From NCBI GenBank assembly GCA_000934665.2, contig JYFJ02003510.1, forward strand, positions 1-40,676: DNA of 40,676 nt, in the 5' to 3' direction. The DNA is from Catajapyx aquilonaris. Its lineage: Eukaryota. Of the stretch, positions 34,225 to 40,676 are shown one piece after another. Below the pieces are notes generated by a model. The model saw only the letters and a program-made list of their open reading frames with translations. It was not told the origin of the DNA and made no database searches. The position numbers and the translations under genes are program-made. Every line of letters starts with the position of its first letter. The stretch's first letter is position 1.

Positions 34225-35080
34225 TACTGAACTGATGGACATATGGTATCCTCTGACTGGTAGCTCCATAGCATGCTGGTGATGTCACCAACCCTACCAG
34301 AAAAACTACCAGTAGGTAGAAACATCTCCGTTGCCTCCCCACAGTTGTCGCGACTCTAGTGAGAATTAATGTAATAGGATTAAGTGGAGACCTCCAACTG
34401 TGCAGAACTGTCCAAATCTCTTCTCAGACGCAACCCTGAGTCCATTCGCTAGTGTAGTAACCCTCGTCTCTCCCTGCTCCTCTTTTGCTGAAGCAAAGAT
34501 GGGTGTTGGTAGCCCTGGCAAAGGTTCGGAGAGGGGAACTGATGCAGCATCAATGGTGCTTCCACCAGTGTTGCTTTTCCTGCTGCAAAAGCGCCTTGCA
34601 GAGCGTAGTACTGGATGAACCAATGGCCCATTGCTATGAAATAGACAGACAACATGACAGTCAATTATGGAATTTTTTTTGCTCACCCAAAACCTGAAAA
34701 GTGTGACATCCAAAGGTGGAAAGCATAAATTGGCTAAAATAATACCAATAATTGATTGAGGACAATGATGGTGTTAAATGCAAGGGGGATGAAATAAAGC
34801 CTCAATTGAGTCTCTTAGATACGACTTTTCATCCAAAAAATGCATCTCCATATTTCTGGCTCTGTCGACAGACACACAATAGCCGTTTCCCTAAGAGCCA
34901 ACTTTCCATAATCAATGTGAAGCCCTAAACAAGTGGTTGATCCCATGTTATTCATATTGCTTTAATTAACCTGCACCACGTGTGGCTATGAATTTCGCTG
35001 CACCGAAAGGAACCCCTTTCTGGCGCGTACAGTCACCTTTTCCACGCTCCTCGAACGAGCTGCATGCAACCGGCCGCCAT
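29536..35080 (-). CDS. PMPCA: Mitochondrial-processing peptidase subunit alpha (peptidase M16 family)
   Basis: Exons 35080-35037, 34633-34392, 33675-33596, 33533-33255, 33044-32872, 31036-30420, 29711-29536. Diagnostic glycine loop [44 protein letters not shown] and an Arg-rich N-terminal presequence. Confidence 0.96.
31347..32840 (+). mobile_element. Non-autonomous hAT-like element interrupted by a nested MITE
   Basis: Ends TAGAGTC...GGATTTTTAGGCA and TGCCTAAAAATCCGGACTCTA; repeated TGCCTA(T/A) subterminal motifs. Remnant [11 protein letters not shown] near 32505 resembles a transposase C-terminus. No 8-bp TSD seen. Confidence 0.55.
31549..32321. mobile_element. mariner-derived foldback MITE with ~300-bp diverged TIRs
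   Basis: TA|CGAGGGTTGATTCATAAGTCATGG ... CCATGACTTATGAATCAACCCACG|TA. Arms 31549-31850 and ~32025-32321 are reverse complements. Inserted into the TA of a TGCCTA motif. Confidence 0.9.
33939..34224 (+). mobile_element. Full-length tRNA-derived SINE with V-domain-like core (family C)
   Basis: A box TGGTCGAGTGG, B box GAGTTCGATCC, core GTTCTCTCCGTGTTCGCGTGGGTTTTCTCGGGGTTCTCCCGTTTCCTCCCAC, (ATT)n tail. Perfect 14-bp TSD TACTGAACTGATGG at 33925-33938 and 34225-34238. Confidence 0.93.
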
Positions 35081-35316
35081 CTTAGCACTGAATCAATGTT
35101 GCCAAGTCCTAGCACATGTCCTCCAGTACTGTTGCCAGATGCACAGGAATTCCTCTTCCACTTTTCGGACCGAGCATCACACCTTCAAGACTCCTATCAA
35201 TAAAGTGACGCAATGCGGCACTTCGGTTTTATACCTGGAAGCCTACTTATTTGCATACTATCAGCAACAATCAATAAATATTTCAATTTGTTAAAAACTT
35301 TTGCCAAGAACTGGCA

Positions 35317-35322
35317 TTTATT
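35317..35322 (-). terminator. Putative polyadenylation signal AATAAA of PRPF38B
   Basis: TTTATT on the + strand, about 325 nt past the PRPF38B stop and about 240 nt upstream of the PMPCA ATG. Confidence 0.45.
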
Positions 35323-35646
35323 TCATCAACTTGTCAGCACAGACGCCACATGATTCATACACATGTTCTACCAAACATGACCACCACATTCAAATTAAAT
35401 GAACTGAAACAATGAACAAAAATAATGGTGTGAGCACGAGCGAAAAATAGTGCCACAAATTGTCCTGGCATGAATATGTTTGTAGGGCTTGGTGGCACAC
35501 ATTATTCTTTTATCTTTTTGTATATTTTTTTGTTATTTGATCTGTGCACAAAACTTTGACAGGCCTCCTGAAACATGGCAAGGAGGGGGAGACGAGTAAT
35601 TTCTGCTGCTGAATGGACACACAGGAGTATGTAGGGGATGCCATCA

Positions 35647-38600
35647 TCATCGCCTTCGGTCTTTATCCCGACTGCGACTCCTGAAAAGAAGAGTGATGAT
35701 TAGATCCAGTTCAGGGCCATGGGAGAGAAATCATGGTATTTTCCTTGCAAACCGGGATATAAAAAATACATGCAGTTTCACATATCCAGTGGCTAGGAAG
35801 CAAGTGAAAAATCCCCCATGCACAAACCGCTTCCTACATGCCCATTTCCCATTTGCTTCCTAAACAGTGAATATGTGACACAACCAAGCAGATTGTCCTC
35901 ACCTGTGCCTGTCCTTCCTATCTTTCTTCCTGTCTTTGTCCCAGTCCTTGTCCCTGCTGCTTCTCTTCCTACTGCTACTTCCTTCTCTCTCACGCTCTTT
36001 CCTCTGCCTCTCCTTCTCTCTGGCAAGCTCCTCTGCAAAGTCACGAGCTGGTGGCGATGACCGATGGTGGTGCCTAAGTACAACAATTTGGGCACGTGTT
36101 AATAGAATGTCATTTCAGCTGAACATTAATAATACAGGCTCAAATGCATGTGTCAACTTTTACCCTAAGCCTAAGGGACAAACAGATGTGGCAGGAAGAA
36201 CATTCCAGCTTGACCGAATAGGGAATTGGACTGTTTTTCTTGAGTCTTGGAAATATTCCTGTTCTCACTATCCAGTGTGGTTTGAAAAGAAGCAGAATAA
36301 ATACTGAAGGTGACATCACCGCCTGGACTGAAAATGTTGGCACTAAACCAAAATATTAATCAATACTAATTCCAATCAAGTACAAATCAATTAAGCCACA
36401 TTTACATGTGAGCGATGTGATGCTTGAACTCTTCGCCGAGTGGTAACATCGCTGAGTAACCTGAGTAACCAACATTGTTTGAGGTGAAAGTAACAATTGA
36501 TGTTCAGCTCAAGCAATACTGGTTACTTGGGTTACGCAGCAATGTTACCTCTCCTGGAAGATTTCGCTCATCAAATCGCGCACATGTAAACACAGCTTTA
36601 GTGCAGTACAAACATCCTGATCAATTAATTTTTTGCAGGTATCAGAAAATTCAGCTTAGTCAACTTGGATTATGAGTCCTTCACAACCAGCTACAAAACC
36701 TCTCATCCATAAAACATCTAAAACAAAATTATATCAATGAGCAATATCACATATTCACCTGTCCTTGTCTCCTGAATGACGATATCCCCCACCACCTCCC
36801 CTGTCCTGGCTCCTGCACCTCCTCCTCTCCTTCTCTCGCTCCCCCCTATTGTGGTAATCCCTCCCTCCCACTTTCCCATCGCCTCCACGGTCAGCACCCC
36901 CACTTTCGCCTCCTTCCCATCCTCCCCTGCCCCTGTTCTCCTTCCCGTGATTCCTCTGCTGTTGGGACGCCCTCTCTGCTTCTCCAAAGGACACTTCTCC
37001 ATCAGGAGCAGCTGCTGCCCCACCATATCGGCCTCCTCCCTCTCCCCCCGTGGCTCTTTCCCCATCCCCTTCCCCCCTGCCTACCCCTGCTGGAACTGCA
37101 GGAGTGCGAACGATCTTAGGACCAGGTCGGCCTCTTACAAACATGTTGGGGAAGCGTTCGTTCAGCTTCTTCTCTATTCCTTGCTGAAAAGGTATATAAT
37201 TTATCAGCATGTTGCTTTATGCATGGTAGAACAGTATGTTATGCATATTTACACTTACCTGAATGGGCACTGGAATGCGTGGAAATAATGTGGAAAACCA
37301 CTCCAGCTTGGTGAGGAAGTGGCGAAGCATCTCCCCCATGGTCATCACTTGCCCAGAACCAGCCTTCACGTCCAGTTCCTGGGGATTGACAACAAGAATG
37401 GTGGCACATTGTAAAACTTCTGCTTCTGGGACAACAAATAAACCTCAGACACCCATGCACATCTCAGCATGTATCATGCAGCAAGATGTCAGACAAGAGT
37501 TGGCCACATCAGAAATGGGAGTTGCTGTAATTAGGCAAGCTCATGTGCACAGTGTAAATATGTCAGTCAGGCAATATACCTACACATGACACTTTTACAA
37601 ATTATTTGACATGTGCCATAAGTCGGTTCATAACAAGTGTGAAAGCCAACAACTCCCAATTCTGAACCATTGTTTCCCAGGCTCTTCCTAATTCCAGCTT
37701 CTGTATAGAATGACCCTGGGTGTGTAGTTTTGGGAGTGGCATGTCTCTCAAGAACCAATTGCATGAAATAAGCAGTACTGTACTTCTTTTTTCCTGCAAT
37801 TTAAGCTTTAATACCACCCAGGCAATGATTACAACCCTTCAACATATGAATAGGTACATCCACCCAGTAGGTAACCTTTGTGTAAACTCACATATATGGC
37901 TAAACATGTGTATATAGAGCAGGGCTATATTGTGGTTCGTTGAATCTCCAAATAAACCACATTTTCTTACAAGTTCATTAGAGGCGACACCAACACATTT
38001 AGTATTGCAACAAGTTAACTTTTAAAATATTAAATTAAATTTTGGTAGGTCATTGCTCCTCCAATTATATTATTTAGGTTGAATAGAACTGGTAACATTT
38101 GCACACATATTCACTACTGCCATAACAGTTATGAGAATAAATTTCATAGCCAGCCAGGCAATTTTGAAGTCGTCAATACCAATACTTTGCATTTGTCAAA
38201 ACATTTTAAATGACTAATTTCAAGACTTGTAAGAGTTGTTACGCCCAAGCTCTATATGACAAAAATGAAAACTTTATTTTTTTAAAGGGTAAATATGATT
38301 TTGATTCCCCCGTTTCTATTCTCTAAGTACTTGCAGTGGACTAAACCAGCGCAAGAGACTCAAGTGGGTTGTCTGCTCCTCTCTCTGCTGCAGGAGGGAG
38401 TCAAGGGGGAGGAAGAGAAGTCCCCCTCCCTCTCTCTCTCACTCAGAGATCCTCTCATCTGCCTGTCGAAACCACAAGGAACCACTCATTATGACTGCTT
38501 CCCCTTTTTGCCTCTCTTTCCCCTGGCCCTTCTTCGGTACTGAGCTTTCAGAGGGAAAGAGAGAATGCCATACAGCAAGCGCCCTGTTGCACACTTAAAA

Positions 38601-39940
38601 CAAAAATTAAAACAAGTCACCTACTCCAAATTTTATCTAATTATTTAACTGCCTTGCTACAGTACAATAGGTTTCATCTAGCATGTAAAAGATGTGTTGT
38701 CTGTTTGGAGTATTTTCCCCATTACATGGTTTCCCAGTTACATTTCATGTGTGTGTGTCTGTCACTAGTAGGATGGACTTAAGAGTTGCATCAAATTCCA
38801 GTAACTAATTTGATGATAATGTGATAAGTCTACTGCCTATATCCTTTAAGATGGCAGAAACTTGGTGTGATTCTAAAAAATTGTAATTATAAAGACAAAT
38901 GACATCCAAGGGAGAACTCCCAAAACTACTCCTGCAGAACTACAATGAAGTCATGTTAACCAATAGGTAACAGAATAAAGAAGAATGAAAAAAATTCTTT
39001 ACTCACCAGCGGTTTGTGACGCCCTGCCGTCTTCCAATTAGGGTAAGGAGTGGTTTTTGTGCTCAACAGGTAGGTGTCAAGGATCAAATTTACTTTGGCT
39101 CTGAGCACTTCATTAGACAAGTGGAGATTAAAATAACTGGGATTAACGTTATGGGTTGTGTTTTTAGGACAGAGTTTGGTTTTGGGAAATGGATCTCCGG
39201 CAGGGAGACATACGTACCTCAGCATCTTCCAAGAAGGCATCAAACCAGTCCCACAGATCAGCTGGTGGTTGAGTGTATCTATAAAGTAAATATCCACATA
39301 AAAATCCATGAGCAAGTTCACATTTATATTCACCAAAATAACTCCCTTTATAAGCATAGAAATGCCTACACAACGCAAATATTTTTGGTCATTATCTCTC
39401 TCTTTCATGACCAGAAAAACATCCTGAGGCCTCCTGAAACCAGGCCTCAAATGCGTTTTCCATTGCACAAAATAAAATATCAGATAAACCTTTGACAACC
39501 CTTTACTTAAAGTAAGTGTTCCAAAATAACTCATTCAAAATTACCAGCTTCGTGCCAATGAACTTCTAACCACTAAGGCCATTTCAACTGAAACACCCAA
39601 TTATAATGATTAGATATTACATGTCAACTGGCATTATGTGATGGAAATTTTCAAGATTCTCACCTGATGTACATGAATCCAAGAGCTCGGATGTAAGGCG
39701 AATCATTGTGCATGATGAGCCCATTGACCTGCTTTCGTGTAAGCTTCATTGTGAACAGTTTATATAGCAAGCAGAAGGCAGTTGACACAATCCCTCCAGC
39801 TCCTACTCCTCTCACTCCACCACACATCCCTGTCTGGCCAGAGGTCTTACGGCTTCCTTTCTCCCATGGTTCCAAGTGAGTCACCTTATAGTATATCTCA
39901 TCAATCACCTCATGGTATGTCTTCAGCTCATACAGATTGA
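35647..39940 (-). CDS. PRPF38B: Pre-mRNA-splicing factor 38B; 5'-partial
   Basis: Exons 39940-39664 (LYELKTYHEVIDEIY...GMCGGVRGVGAGGIVSTAFCLLYKL), 39278-39218 (YTQPPADLWDWF), 37378-37259 (ELDVKAGSGQVMTMGEMLRHFLTKLEWFSTLFPRIPVPIQ), 37183-36759, 36073-35903, 35680-35647 (RS/RD-rich tail, TGA). First coding exon not seen in the window. Confidence 0.95.
36394..36597. mobile_element. PIF/Harbinger-like palindromic MITE
   Basis: TTA|AGCCACATTTACATGTGAGCGAT ... ATCGCGCACATGTAAACACAGCT|TTA. Imperfect foldback over most of its length; TTA TSD. Confidence 0.75.
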
Positions 39941-40676
39941 CTGAATAAGAAGTAAAAGATGTATAGATAAATATCACTTGCAATAATCCAACAGCTACGA
40001 CTGGCAATTAATTTTATGCTTAAATATACAGTGAGTTTCAACTATCCAGGTCCTTTCACTTACCACAACTTTCGCCTGAAGCTGTTACTTGTATGTACCT
40101 TTTTTGCACCCTGATTGCGATTATCCGATTATGTAGCAGTGGCTACATTCATCCACATCTGGGTATAATTGGGCACAACAAGCTACACAACTAACAGCTT
40201 CAGGGAAAATTTGCTATATCTAAAGGACTGGGTACTTGGAACACACCGTACAAATCATTGATTTTTTTATAGAGCACTGTGTATAAGACTACCATATGCT
40301 TACACACGTCGACACGTGTGACGAGTGATTTTCCAACTATGCAATGATACTATACTCTCTTATTGTGCAACAGATTAAAATTCCATTATGAAATAACTTG
40401 ATCCTCAACTTCACAACCTCACAACTTATGACAATTTCATCAAATGAAGCAGTTGCAAGTATTTCCACTTAAATATAACAGCACTGGAATGTATTATTTG
40501 TATTGAAAATTGACGGAGGAACCTGTGGTATCTTACAAGGGAACCTCTCGAAGTGTCCCTCGAAGTTCAAGGTGAAATATTTTTTTTCGGGTTCCTTATC
40601 AGCTAGAAGGAAAACACCCTTCCGGAGAAATCCTCGATCTCAAGCGTTTTCGAGATACAGGGGTCAAAAGGTCAAG

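Noticed and set aside
33676..34391. Possible U12-type intron in PMPCA (donor GTCTCCAC)
   Set aside because: Differs from the strict GTATCCTT consensus at several positions, and there is no convincing CCTTAAC branch site.
36718..37288. Long overlapping ORFs in other frames over the G-rich PRPF38B exon
   Set aside because: Low-complexity purine-rich coding sequence lacks stops in shadow frames; no independent gene structure.
38956..39534. 192-aa minus ORF and 159-aa plus ORF inside PRPF38B
   Set aside because: They span intron sequence and the YTQPP exon out of frame or antisense, with no recognisable domain.
40515..40676. Probable start of another DNA-transposon-derived repeat (GTTTTCGAGATACAGGG motif)
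   Set aside because: Cut by the window edge; no partner TIR or TSD visible.

Overview
Eukaryotic, intron-containing genomic DNA from an arthropod, probably an insect (draft assembly, one N at 311). It holds five tightly packed protein-coding genes, reconstructed by hand from GT-AG junctions and reading-frame phase. These are a centrosomin/CDK5RAP2/myomegalin-family gene (minus, 3' part probably off the left edge), PSMD5 (minus), CCDC180/CFAP76 (plus, head-to-head with PSMD5), mitochondrial processing peptidase alpha PMPCA (minus, tail-to-tail with CCDC180) and splicing factor PRPF38B (minus, 5' part off the right edge). Introns carry many mobile elements: tRNA-derived SINEs with target-site duplications, Tc1/mariner, pogo-, Harbinger-, Sola- and hAT-like MITEs, a deleted mariner and a very decayed Ty3/Gypsy pol relic. 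No prokaryote-type system is present. The strongest leads are: (1) the human orthologues of four of the five genes lie on chromosome 9q; (2) SINEs with different heads and bodies share a 3' nested hairpin with a compensatory base change; (3) alternative centrosomin N-termini, one carrying a LIR-like motif; (4) a candidate poison exon in PRPF38B; (5) probable antisense overlap of the CCDC180 and PMPCA 3' ends. All identifications come from recalled family motifs, not database searches.
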